This document shows positions 52,342 through 63,936 of a DNA stretch of 64,000 bases, one piece after another; within the stretch, counting starts at the first letter, position 1, and every line of letters begins with the position of its first letter. Source of the DNA: Octopus sinensis (Eukaryota); assembly GCF_006345805.1 (NCBI RefSeq), contig NC_043000.1, positions 76,198,001 through 76,262,000 of the forward strand, written 5' to 3'. The translations under genes were made by a program, and so were the position numbers. The notes under the pieces were generated by a model. It had not been told where the DNA came from, searched no databases, and was given only the letters and a program-made list of their open reading frames with translations.

Positions 52342-53433
52342 CTGAAATATTAGTAGTGGTTTTGTTTATATTCTTAGACTAGAATTATATTTCCTTGGTA
52401 AACATTAAGCATCAGTTAATAATTACATCTGTTGTATAATTATATTAAATATCCGTTAATAACTATAATTGATGTCTAATTATGTTAGATATCAGATAAT
52501 AATTATATTAGTCCAAGAGTGAACAGCAAAAAAAATCTGAATTGTCACACAACAGAACTGTCACAACATCTGAACTGTCACACAACTGCCACACAACAGA
52601 CTTCACAACACACTGCACTGCTACACAACTCACACTACTATCACATTACAAATCTACTGTCAAACAACATACCTTACAACAACACTGCCACATAAACTAC
52701 ACTTGAGCTAATGAAGGAATCTATGTATAAGCTGTCAGTCAATCTACTGGAAATAGTAGTTAAAATCACTTAAATTACACTAAAATCATTAAAAACAGGA
52801 AGACAAATATTGAATAACACCCCCCTTGATATATTGTGTTCTAAAAAAGAGACAGGATAATTAAATTAAAATAACAACCTAGTCCACCTTTGAACTTCCA
52901 ATTGAGCAGGAGACTCAAATATTCATTCTTCTAGACTCTACCTTTCACAGGAATTGTCGCTTTTCTCTAAAAGCTGAACAAACTAACTTACATGGAACGT
53001 GTGGTCATTTGTCATGTACTATGTACCTGTGCCACGTGGTGTTACTTAAACAATATATATAGCCATCTATCACATATACGTGAGAGAAGACTCAGCATAG
53101 TTACTTATACTACAAATAGTACATCGAATGGTTGATATTAGGAAGGGCATCCAGCCATAAAAACCATGCCAAAACAGACATTGGAGCTCGGTGCAGTCCT
53201 CTGGCTTGTCAACTCCTGTCAAACCATCCAATCCATGCCAGGATAGAAGATGGACATTAAATGATGATAATGATGATGTACCACAGGATGATATAGTTCA
53301 TTATTGTAGTATGTAACACAGGGTGGTATGATTCACTGCTACAGTAGGCATCACTGTGTGCCAGCAATAGTATAAGAATCACTGACCTGTTTACTGGTTG
53401 TCTACTAACTTTTCAAACTGGTCATTCCTCTAG

Positions 53434-55500
53434 ACCCTTGGTTCCCAAAATTTTTGCCCTACAGACCCCCTCCCATTTTTTTGAGGCTTCGCAGACCCCT
53501 GCCCCTACCCCAAAATGAAAAAATCCAGAAAAGATAAACAAAGCAAAATGACCTTGTATAAAATGATTTTTCATGAGAGATAAAGTTTTACTGATAAAAT
53601 AAAAAAATTCAGTGAAAGTGGTGAACTTGTTTGGTTTGTAATTTGTCCTCAATATTACAAATGAGTTTTTGATAATGTGACCCTCACGTCATTGCAACAT
53701 CCATTTTATTGCGAATCTTTGTTTTAATTATGAGTAAAGTTGTAAAAGCCATCTCAAATTCATACGTTATTGCAAATGGAACGATGAATTTGAAGGCCAA
53801 TTTGGCAACATCTGGATAGGACTGTGCCATTTCAATCCAGAACTAACTGCAGCACATGTTATGGAAGGTGTCTTTTGCACTTCCATCATTCAGCAAGTTG
53901 ATGAATTGTTTTTGAATGATGTAATCTTCTGACAGAAGGTCAACAACAGAGATTGCAAAGGGATTGGTGATGAAATGATGAACTTCTTTGAAGTTTTGTG
54001 GGTCGGGGAGGTATCTTTGAATTTCAATGTGAAGAATTAAGACATGCTGTTTCATTATGTCAAGGATGTCAGCATCAACTTGAAGGCCATCTTCATCAAG
54101 GAAAGTATTGAGGTTTGGAAATGGTGCAAAATTCTCAAATTACAATTTAGAATGCCACAAATGGAGCTTTATTTTAAATGCAATCATTTTTTCATGACAG
54201 TTGACAATGGTGATATCCTTTTCTTGTAATGCTAAGTTAACAGAATTAACTGATTCAAAAATGTCGACCAAAAAAAGGAGAGACATATAAGGAAACGAAT
54301 ATTGGAGAATTGTCTGTGCAGTTCTTTTTTAGCACCATAAAGAAATTCATGTATCTCCTTTCATAGAACAAAGACTCTTTTCAGTACTCTCTCCTTTGAT
54401 AACCACCTCACATGCGAGTACTGCAAAAGCATTTCAAAATTTGATCCATTCTCCTTGCACAAGTCAGCAAAAAGATGCAAGTTTAGAGGATCGGCTTTGA
54501 TAAAATTTACCACTTTGACCAAATCATTCAAAAGATTCTTCAAATGGTCGGGCATTGTTTTAACCATCAATGCTTGGTGAAGTGTACAATGCATACCAAT
54601 TGCATTAGGAGACTTCTCCTTCACTGTTGCCTGAAAGCCAGAGCGGCAACTAAGCATTGCTGGAGTACTGTCGGTGCACATGCCAACATGCTCCCAGTTT
54701 ATGCTATGCATGTTAAAGAATTGATCCACTTTCTGGAATATATTGTTTGCAGTGGTTCGGGTGTTGAGGGGTTTTGAAAAACAGGAATTCATTTTCCAGG
54801 CACTTGTTATGCATGTAACATACATAAACATAAAGTTGTGCTAAATCCGCCACATCAGCGGTTTCATCAATTTGGATGGCGACATAGTTAAACATTGATG
54901 TTTTTATCTTTGAGATGACCTGAGACAAAATATCATCAGACATCTCAGCAATTCATCGACTGATGTTGTTGTTGGAAAGTGAAACATGTTTAAGCTTCTG
55001 TAATTCAGACGTTCCAAGTATGAGTGAAATTATATTTTTGCAGCAAGGAAGAACTAACCCGTCTCCAGTGTTATGAAGTTTTTTTTTTAAGTAGCGATTT
55101 TCCTTGAAACCTCGTAGGAAGCTTTCAGACCAGCTGCAATGTCCTGCATACATATTCCTGTGTCATCAAGCCTGGATTTGACCAATCTGTCGGCTAGGCA
55201 CCTGAAAAATTCGTCATTTTTGTTGACTGCACTGGGATGTTTCATTTCCAAATGCCTCTTTAGCCTGCTGAGCTTCAGTGAAGAAGATGCCAATACCAGT
55301 GCTTTTTCCACTACACCAGCAAGTTTTTATTATTTCTTTTAGGAGACAATTAAGTTTTTTAATTTCTTTTGGGAGACAATTTTTTTTTTTATTTCTTTTG
55401 AGAGACAAGTTTTTTTTTATTTGTTTTGGGAAACAAAGAAATAAAAACCTTAATTGTCTCCCAAAAGAAATAAAAAACTCAATTGTCTACAAATAAATAT
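53434..55500 (-). mobile_element. hAT Buster/Charlie-type (ZBED5/SCAND3-like) transposon, frameshifted
   Basis: SLKLSRLKRHLE.KH, IQIDETADV, CTDSTPAM, HCTLHQAL and HVRWLSK motifs; TGGTTCCCAAA end; ~27-bp tandem repeats at 55330-55480. Confidence 0.88.
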
Positions 55501-55611
55501 AATAAAGATATGTAAATGTTGTGCTGTAAATGCACAGAATTTTGTACTATTTCACTCTGTTGAGAAAACTTTGCTACTTTTATCAGTATAAATATATATA
55601 TAATATATGAT

Positions 55612-57670
55612 AGTGTCGGCTATAGCCTAGTCACCTCTGGCAGTGTCGGTATAGCCTAGTCACCCGTATAGTTAACCAGGTGATACACGAAGGAGTCATA
55701 CCCAATGACTGGTGTAGCAGCATTACAGTCAACTGCTACAAAGGCAAAGGTGATGCTTTAAATACAAATAATTACAGAGGTATCAAGTTGTTGGATGAGG
55801 TAATGAAGGTCACGGAGAAGTTCATAGCCCAACTAATTAGGGAAAGAATCAGTTTAGATGAGATACAGTTTGGGTTAGTGCCAGGGAAAAGCACCACTGA
55901 TGCTATATTTCTGATAAGACAGCTGCAGGAGAAATATCTAGCCAAAGATAAACCTCTGTACATGGGTTCCGTTGACATGGAGAAAGCTTTTGATCTCTTA
56001 TCTGGTGGTCAATGAGGAAACTAGGGATAGATGAATGGTTAGTGAGAGCTGTGCAAGCCATGTACAGGGACACTGTCAGTAAGGTGAGGGTTGGCAATGA
56101 GTAATGAGAAGAATTCCGGGTAGAGGTAGGCGTCCACCAAGGTCCAGTCCTTAGCCCCCTCCTATTTATCATAGTCCTCCAGGCAATAACAGAGGAATTA
56201 AAGACAGGATGCCCCTGAGAGCTCCTCTATGCTGATGACCTTGCTCTAATTGCTGAGTCACTATCAGAACCAGAGAAGTTTCAGGTGTGGGAACAAGGAT
56301 TAGAATCGAAGGGCCTTAGTGTCAACCTTGCTAAAACCAAAGTCCTAATAAGTAGGAAGGTAGGAAAACCACAAACCCCTTCAGGTAGATGGCCCTGCTC
56401 GATCTGTAGAAAAGGTGTTGGTAGAAACTCTATACGATGTACCCAGTGCAAGCTATGGACACATAAGAGGTGCAGCAATGTCAAAGGAAGGCTAACTAAG
56501 AAGATAGCTTTTGTATGTGGCAGATGCTCTGGTTCAATAAAGACTGAAAATGCGCAGAGACCATCTTCCGCCACATTCCAGGGAGAAAAACTTGAAATAG
56601 TTGATAGTTTCCGTTACCTAGGTGACCAAGTCAGTAGCGGGGGTGGGTGTGCCGAAAGTGTAACTGCTAGAGTAAGAATAGCCTGGGCAAAGTTCAGAGA
56701 GCTCTTGCCTCTGCTGGTGACAAAAGGCCTCTCGCTCAGAGTAAAAGGCAGACTGTATGACGCATGTGTGCGAACAGCCATGCTACATGGCAGTGAAACA
56801 TGGGCCGTGACTGCTGAGGATATGCGTAAGCTCACAAGAAATGAAGCCAGTATGCTCCATTGGATGTGTAATGTCAGTGTTCATACTCGACAGAGTGTAA
56901 GTGTCTTGAGAGAAAAGCTGGACCTAAGAAGCATCAGATCTGGTGTGCAAGAGAGGCGTCTACGCTGGTATGGACACGTAGTAAGAATGGATGAAGATAG
57001 TTGTGTGAAAAAGTGCCACACCCTAGCGGTTGAGAGAACCTGTAGAAGAGGTAGACCCAGGAAAACCTGGGACGAGGTGGTGAAGAACGACCTTAGCGCT
57101 TTAGGTCTCACCGAGGAAATGACCAGAGACCGAGACCTTTGGAAGTATGCTGTACGCGAGAAGACCCGGCAGGACACGTGAGGCCATAACCCATGACGTA
57201 GTCAATCCACCTGTGCATACCTTCCTTCTTGGGACACATAACTCTACTTGTGAAGACCTGTTGAGGCAAGTGAAAATCAAATCAAATGAAAATTGCTGAA
57301 CATCAATGGAATTTGTATTTTTGGGGTACCAGTGCCGGTGGCACATAAAAAAAAACCATCCGAATGTGGCCGTAGCCTGTACCCCATTGACTGGCTTCTG
57401 TGCTGTGGGCACATAACAAACACCACCCAATCAGGGCCGTGCCAGCCTCGCCTGGCCTCCGTGCCGGTGGCACGTAAAAAACACCATCCGAGCATGGCCG
57501 TTTGCCAGCCTCGTCTGGCACCTGTGTCGGTGGCACAAAAAAACACCATCCGAGCGTGGCCGTTCGCCAGCCTCGTCTGGCACCTGTGTCGGTGGCACAT
57601 AAAAAGCACCCTCTACACTCACGGAGTGGTTGGCGTTAGGAAGGGCATCCAGCTGTAGAAACTCTGCCAG
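55612..57670 (+). mobile_element. RTE LINE 3' half with 3' UTR
   Basis: YADDL, ORF 56285-57181 (WTHKRC, MLHGSETW, RGRPRKTW), then 3' UTR repeats; truncated before the (GAT)n tail. Confidence 0.92.
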
Positions 57671-57684
57671 ATCTGACTGGCCTG

Positions 57685-59200
57685 ACTTGTCTAGGTTGAC
57701 TCTCTCTCTAATCAGTTGGGCTATGACCGTTTCCGTAACCTTCATTACCTGATACAACAGCTTAATACCTCTGTAATTACTTGTATCTTTGTAACAGTTG
57801 ACTATTATGCTACTACACCAGTCATTGGGTATGACTCCTTCATGTATCACCTGGTTAACTATACGGGTGACTAGGCTATAGCCAACACTGCCAGATATTT
57901 TGAGCATCTCAGCAGTAATTCCTGATGGGCCTGGGGCTTTCCCTGTCTTCATGCTTCCAATTGCCTTAACTACCATGGAACTGTCAACTTGGATAGCTGG
58001 TCCCTCTATTGGGTCGACATTCGGCAGACTCTCTTTATCCCATTCATTCTCTTTGTTGAGCAACCTTTCATAGTGGCATCTCCAAACCTCTCTCTTTGCA
58101 TCCTCATTTAGCGCAAGTGAACCATCGTCCATGCGAACACATTTCTCTCCTACCACATCACGATTCTCTCTCACACACTGTCTTGCAACACGAAGCACCT
58201 CAAGTCTTTGGTCCTCACGGCGCAGAACATTGGCAAATTTTTTCTTATCTGCTTCCCCTCTAGCTAAATATACCTGTCTCCTAGCTTCTCTTTTCGCAGT
58301 CTGATACAATTCCCTACTACCGCCTTTCCTCCAGCCCTTCCAAGCCTGTCTCTTGTCTCTAATAGCCCTGTCTACAACATTGTTCCACCACCACGTTACC
58401 CTGGGACGAGATGGGACTTTGCTCCATCCACAGATCTGGTCAGTCGCTCTCAGCAAATTGTCCCATAGAAACCTCCAGTTGGCTTCCACATTATGTGATG
58501 CTATATCCCCTTCTATTTCGTCGAAAGTTTCGAGTAGAACTTCTCTAAATCTCCGTCCATTTACAGGATCTTTAAGTTTCCAGACTCTTCTCCTCTGAGC
58601 TGGTCTTCTTCTGGGCAGCCATTTGGCCCTGATCCTGAAGTCGCTAACTACTAATCTATGTTGAGGAGTACATTCCTCGCCTGGGAAGGGTTTGGCATTT
58701 ATAAGCAGCCCTCTTTCCCTCTTTCTGGTGAGGATGTAGTCGATCTGGCTAGTGTGTCTGCCAGAACGGTAGGTGACTAGGTGAGAGGTGGGTTTCCTGA
58801 AGCTGGTATTGCAAATCATAAGGTCATTTGCATCGCAGAACTCCAGCAGCCTGGTTCCCTCCTCATTGCGAGAACCAAAACCGTAGCCCCCGTGTATGCC
58901 ATGGAAGCCCCCGACATGCCATCCAACATGTCCATTGAAGTCACCTGCCACAAAGAGAAGGTCACTGTCATTTGTCAACGAGGTAGTCTGTAATAGGGTG
59001 TCATAGAATCTGTCCTTCTGGTAGCCCCGGCTGAGGGGCATATGCTGAGATAATGGTTGCTGACCTATGATAAAGCACTAGTCTAATCTTAAGTATTCTG
59101 TCACATACTATGACTACCTCGACTACCTTATCAACCCATTTCTCTGCAAGAAGTATACCCACGCCCCAACCCCGTCAGTGTTCCCTGCCCAGAAAATCTT
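57685..59200 (-). mobile_element. RTE LINE 5' half (EN plus RT start), long open frame
   Basis: ORF 57431-59041 has AGDFNGHVG, SQIDYIL and KAPGPSG, and runs off into antisense 3' UTR at 57685. Confidence 0.92.
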
Positions 59201-59260
59201 GTACCTGTGTTCCATGTATGTATGTATGTATGTATATATATGTATATGTAAGTATGTATG

Positions 59261-59321
<61 letters not shown>

Positions 59322-59479
59322 ATATATAATAGTTATCGCCATACTAATATGGCATTCTTAAAAATAAGAATAAAGCTGTCGCTGATTAGCTCCATGAAGC
59401 CATCGCCTCAAGCTAGCTACTTGACACACAAACTGCGTCCTTTATTAAACCTTCGAACAGGGGAGGTCAGCCGCTTCAA

Positions 59480-59554
59480 CCTGCTAGTCCGACAGCTACA
59501 GACATGTTTCAGGGTTGTTGCTCCTTTTCAATGCAGCGTAGTCAGACCTGCAGG
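59480..59554 (-). ncRNA. Type I hammerhead ribozyme motif, copy 1
   Basis: Minus strand reads GCUGCA-UUGAAAA-GGAG CAACAA CCCU-GAAA-CAUG-UC/UGUAGC, with an extended stem I (GUCUGAC:GUCGGAC, CCUGC:GCAGG). Stem II has one mismatch. Confidence 0.75.
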
Positions 59555-59842
59555 TGTCGCTACTGACTGTCTCCGTTCGAAGATTCTATTTACCTAGTTA
59601 CGGTGGAATACATCCACTTGTTTTCAATAATGGAAATATTAAAATTACTAAGTCACTTTAAACAAGATTATGAAAGCGTTTCTGGAAATTAATAGTTATC
59701 GCCATACTAATATGGCATTCTTAAAAATAAGAATAAAGCTGTCGCTGATTAGCTCCATGAAGCCATCGCCTCAAGCTAGCTACTTGACACACAAACTGCG
59801 TCCGTTATTAAACCTTCGAACAGGGGAGGTCAGCCGCTTCAA

Positions 59843-59917
59843 CCTGCTAGTCCGACAGCTACAGACATGTTTCAGGGTTGTTGCCCCTTCTCAATGCAGC
59901 GTAGTCAGACCTGCAGG
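59843..59917 (-). ncRNA. Type I hammerhead ribozyme motif, copy 2
   Basis: GCUGCA-UUGAGAA-GGGG CAACAA CCCU-GAAA-CAUG-UC/UGUAGC. The core differs from copy 1 only at the tolerant N7 position. Confidence 0.8.
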
Positions 59918-60205
59918 TGTCGCTACTGACTGTCTCCGTTCGAAGATTCTATTTACCTAGTTACGGTGGAATACATCCACTTGTTTTCAATAATAGAAAT
60001 ATTAAAATTACTAAGTCACTTTAAACGAGATTATGAAAGCGTTTCTGGAAATTAATAGTTATCGCCATACTAATATGGCATTCTTAAAAATAAGAATAAA
60101 GCTGTCCGCTTATTAGCTCCATGATTAGTATGGCGATAACTATTAATTTCCAGAAACGCTGTCGTAATATCTTTTAAAGAGATTAGTAATTTTAATATTT
60201 CTATT

Positions 60206-60268
60206 ATATATATTAATATATATATATTTATATATATATATTATATATATATTATATTTATATATATA

Positions 60269-60309
<41 letters not shown>

Positions 60310-60552
60310 AATATATATATTGTATATATATATATTTGTATATATATATATATATATTTGTATATATATATTTGTATATATATTTGTATATATATATATA
60401 TTGTATATATATATATTTGTATATATATATATTGTATTATATATATATTGTATATATAATATATATATATATATTATGTATATATATATATATATATATA
60501 TATTTGTATATATATATATTATATATATTGTATATATATATTTGTATATATA
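60206..60552. repeat. (TA)n / TATATATTTG microsatellite; similar tracts at 59200-59327, 61620-62180 and 63750-64000
   Basis: Read directly from the sequence. Confidence 0.95.
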
Positions 60553-60769
60553 TAATAGAAATATTAAAATTACTAAGTCTCTCTAAAAGAGAACAGCGGC
60601 AGCGTTCCCGGGAAATAATAGTTATCGCCATACTAAAATGGCATTCTTATAAAAATAAGAAAAAAGCTGTCCGCTTATTAGCTCCATGAGGTCATCGCCT
60701 TAAGTTAGCTATTTGATACACAAACTGTATCCATATAACCTTCGAACAAGGGAGGTCAGTAGCTCCACA

Positions 60770-60840
60770 CTACTTGACCGGCAGCTACAGACGCGTTTCG
60801 GGGTATTGCCCCTTTTCAATGCAGCGTAGCCAGCCAGTAG
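60770..60840 (-). ncRNA. Type I hammerhead ribozyme motif, copy 3
   Basis: GCUGCA-UUGAAAA-GGGG CAAUA CCCC-GAAA-CGCG-UC/UGUAGC, with extended stem I GGCUGGC:GCCGGUC and CUACU:AGUAG. Confidence 0.85.
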
Positions 60841-61395
60841 GTGTCGCTTCCGACAATCTCTGTTCGATGGTTTTATTTACCTAGTTTCGGTGGAATACAT
60901 CCACTTGTTTTCAATAATAGAAATATTAAAATTACTAAGTCTCTCTAAAAGAGAACAGCGGCAGCGTTCCCGGAAAATAATAGTTATCGCCATACTAATA
61001 TGGCATTCTTATAAAAATAAGAAAAAAGCTGTCCGCTTATTAGCTCCATGAGGCCATCGCCTTAAGTTAGCTATTTGATACACAAACTGTATCCATATAA
61101 CAAGTAGTGTGGAGCGACTGACCTCCCTTGTTCGAAGGTTATATGGATACAGTTTGTGTATCAAATAGCTAACTTAAGGCGATGGCCTCATGGAGCTAAT
61201 AAGCGGACAGCTTTTTTCTTATTTTATAAGAATGCCATTAGTATGGCGATAACTATTATTTTCCGGGAACGCTGCCGCTGTTCTCTTTTAGAGAGACTTA
61301 GTAATTTTAATATTTCTATTATTGAAAACAAGTGGATGTATTCCACCGAAACTAGGTAAATAAAACCATCGAACAGAGATTGTCGGAAGCGACAC

Positions 61396-61466
61396 CTACT
61401 GGCTGGCTACGCTGCATTGAAAAGGGGCAATACCCCGAAACGCGTCTGTAGCTGCCGGTCAAGTAG
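61396..61466 (+). ncRNA. Type I hammerhead ribozyme motif, copy 4 (inverted arm)
   Basis: Same motif as copy 3 on the plus strand; predicted cleavage after the GUC ending at 61446. Confidence 0.85.
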
Positions 61467-61669
61467 TGTGGAGCAACTGACCTCCCTTGTTCGAAGGTTA
61501 TATGGATACAGTTTGTGTATCAAATAGCTAACTTAAGGCGATGGCCTCATGGAGCTAATAAGCGGACAGCTTTTTTCTTATTTTATAAGAATGCCATATT
61601 AGTATGGCGATAACTATTATTTGTATATATATATATTTGTATATATATATATTTATATATATATATATT

Positions 61670-61718
<49 letters not shown>

Positions 61719-62147
61719 ATATATATATATATATATATATACGTGTATATATATATATACGTGTAAATATATATATGGGTATATATATATATTGTATATA
61801 TATATATTTGTATATATATATATATTTGTATATATATATATATATATTTGTATATATATATATATGTGTTATATATATATGTGTATATATATATATATGT
61901 GATATATAATATGTGTATATATATATATATATTTGTATATATATATGCGTATATATATATATGTGTGTATATATATATATTGTATATATATATATTTGTA
62001 TATATATATTTGTATATATATATATTGTATATATATAAATTTGTATATATATAAATTTGATATATATATATTTGTATATATATATTTGTATATATATATA
62101 TTTGTATATATATATGTATATATATATATATGTATATAATATATATG

Positions 62148-62179
<32 letters not shown>

Positions 62180-62332
62180 TGTTGAAATGGAAAGATGAAT
62201 TTTCTTGTTACAGATTATTCAAAAGTTCAACCGATACCTGGGTAGCAAAAATCACAGCAGAAAAAAACACGGTTGGAGATAAGACCATATGGTGTTGCAA
62301 CCGTGCGTTGGTGCGGATAATTGAAGTTTAAT

Positions 62333-63753
62333 ATAATTAGTGAATGGAAGAAATGGAGTTGAACGAAGATTGTGCAGAATTCCTTTTATTACATTCTACA
62401 CATGTTTCAAAGGCCACAATTTTCCAAATTCTGATTAAATAAGGATACCATATTGCAGCTTTCTCTTCAGGAAAAACCAGAAATTACGTTGTCAGAACAA
62501 AACAAAACAGAGGCGGAGCAAAGCAATTTGAATGAGGACGCTCCTTAAGAGCCCATGGGTAAACTGTTTATCAATGTACGTTGAAATCGGGGGGTTGGTG
62601 GGGGCCGACAAAAGGTCCGTTGGAATACTTACAGGTCAGGCCGCGGTCAAATCTAGTAGGTGAGGAATTAATGAGAACAAGGGGTGTGGAGATGTTCTGT
62701 GTGACCAAAACTAATGTTCTGAATATTTAAAGAATACAGGGTGTATTTTTTAGGGGCGAGACAAAACCTACCTAAAAGCATGTATGTGTATACTAGCCTA
62801 TGTGTGCGCCCCCGTATGTTGGCGAGGGTCGCTAGATAATGAGCACTGCTGAAAAAAGCCTGTCAGGTGGCTGAAAAAATTTTTTGTGTTCGTGTATTCG
62901 TCTGTGGCCTGCTTGTCTAAAAATTAACATCGTCAAAGAATCATAAGGGTATATAATTCCAGCGTTTGCTTATAAAAAAAAACAAAAAACCGACCAATCG
63001 CCTAAGGGAAGTAATTTCCCCTTGCAAGAGTTATTCAGAGATTTTTTAAAAAAGTTTTTTCAAAAATTATTTCCAAAAATTATTTTCATTTTAATAGGGT
63101 AACAAGGTGTTAATTGTCTTAGGTATCATTTATATGTAAGATAAGTATGACGCCGCCAATGGGGACATCGAAAAGCCGTCTGTAAAAGCCCGTTTACCAA
63201 ACGGCCTCTGGCGAACGATATGTGGAAAAGCTCAGAGTTACAAAGATTACACCTCCTTCTGCTCCTATCAAACGGGAGGGCCACCGACAAAATCGACCAT
63301 TCCAGCCTAAAAACTGAATTCACGTTCTTCAAACGCCAGATAAGTTTGCTAAGTCCTGTAGCTTGGTATTTATTAACGTCGCGAAATTAGTTTTGGTCAC
63401 ACAGATCATCTCTACACCCCTTGTTCTCATTAATTCCTCACCTACTAGATTTGACTGCGGCCTGACCTGTAAGTATTCTAATGGACCTTTTGTCGGCCCC
63501 CACCAACGTACATTGATAAACAGTTTACCCATGGGCTCTTAAGGAGCGTCCTCATTCGAATTGCTTTGCTCCGCCTCTGTTTTGTTTTGTTCTGACAACG
63601 TAATTCCAGGTTTTTCCTGAAGAGAAAGCTGCAATATGGTATCCTTATTTACTCAGAATTTGGAAAATTGTGGCCTTTGAAACATGTGTAGAATGTAATA
63701 AAAGGAATTCTGTACAATCTTCGTTCAACTCCATTTCTTCCATTCACTAATTA
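62333..63753 (-). mobile_element. Penelope-like (GIY-YIG endonuclease) relic bounded by ~380-bp inverted repeats
   Basis: Minus strand encodes ATGLSKLIWRLKN...WSILS...RRCNLCNSELFHI...CPH (63126-63370), resembling the C-terminus of PLE endonucleases. Arms 62333-62715 and 63386-63753 are reverse complements. Confidence 0.7.
63614..63693 (+). ncRNA. Hammerhead-like motif with canonical core and long stem II loop; mirror copy at 62394-62473 (-)
   Basis: UUC-CUGAAGA-GAAAGCUGCAA...UUGUGGCCUUU-GAAAC AUGU GUA/GAA: 11-bp stem II with one mismatch, self-complementary stem III, but only 3-bp stem I. Followed by AATAAA. Confidence 0.45.
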
Positions 63754-63838
63754 TATATATATATGTATATATATATGCATATATATATTATATGTATATA
63801 TATATATATATCTGTATATATATATATATATATATCTG

Positions 63839-63876
<38 letters not shown>

Positions 63877-63882
63877 TGTGTG

Positions 63883-63936
<54 letters not shown>

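Larger units (their letters stand above)
59328..60122 (-). repeat. Tandem array of a 363-bp hammerhead-containing unit, subfamily 1 (two full units plus a partial one)
   Basis: aatagttatcgcc recurs at 59328, 59691 and 60054; units are nearly identical. Confidence 0.9.
60553..61620. repeat. Subfamily 2 of the ~362-bp unit, ~1.5 direct units (60553-61100) joined to ~1.45 inverted units (61101-61620)
   Basis: aatagttatcgcc at 60617 and 60979; the reverse-complement unit recurs at 61101 and 61460. Confidence 0.9.

Noticed and set aside
59178-59960. Repeated plus-strand ORFs ([13 protein letters not shown]...)
   Set aside because: They are antisense to the hammerheads, show no domain similarity and are not preserved in subfamily 2. 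The stop in each unit also excludes endless rolling-circle translation on this strand.
60320-62139. Tyr/Ile-rich ORFs in the ORF track
   Set aside because: Translations of (TA)n microsatellites.
62843-62890. Hammerhead-like CTGAAAA-AGCC...GGCT-GAAA
   Set aside because: C3 faces A8 (mismatch), there is an extra A before stem II and the cleavage triplet is unconvincing; at best a decayed motif.
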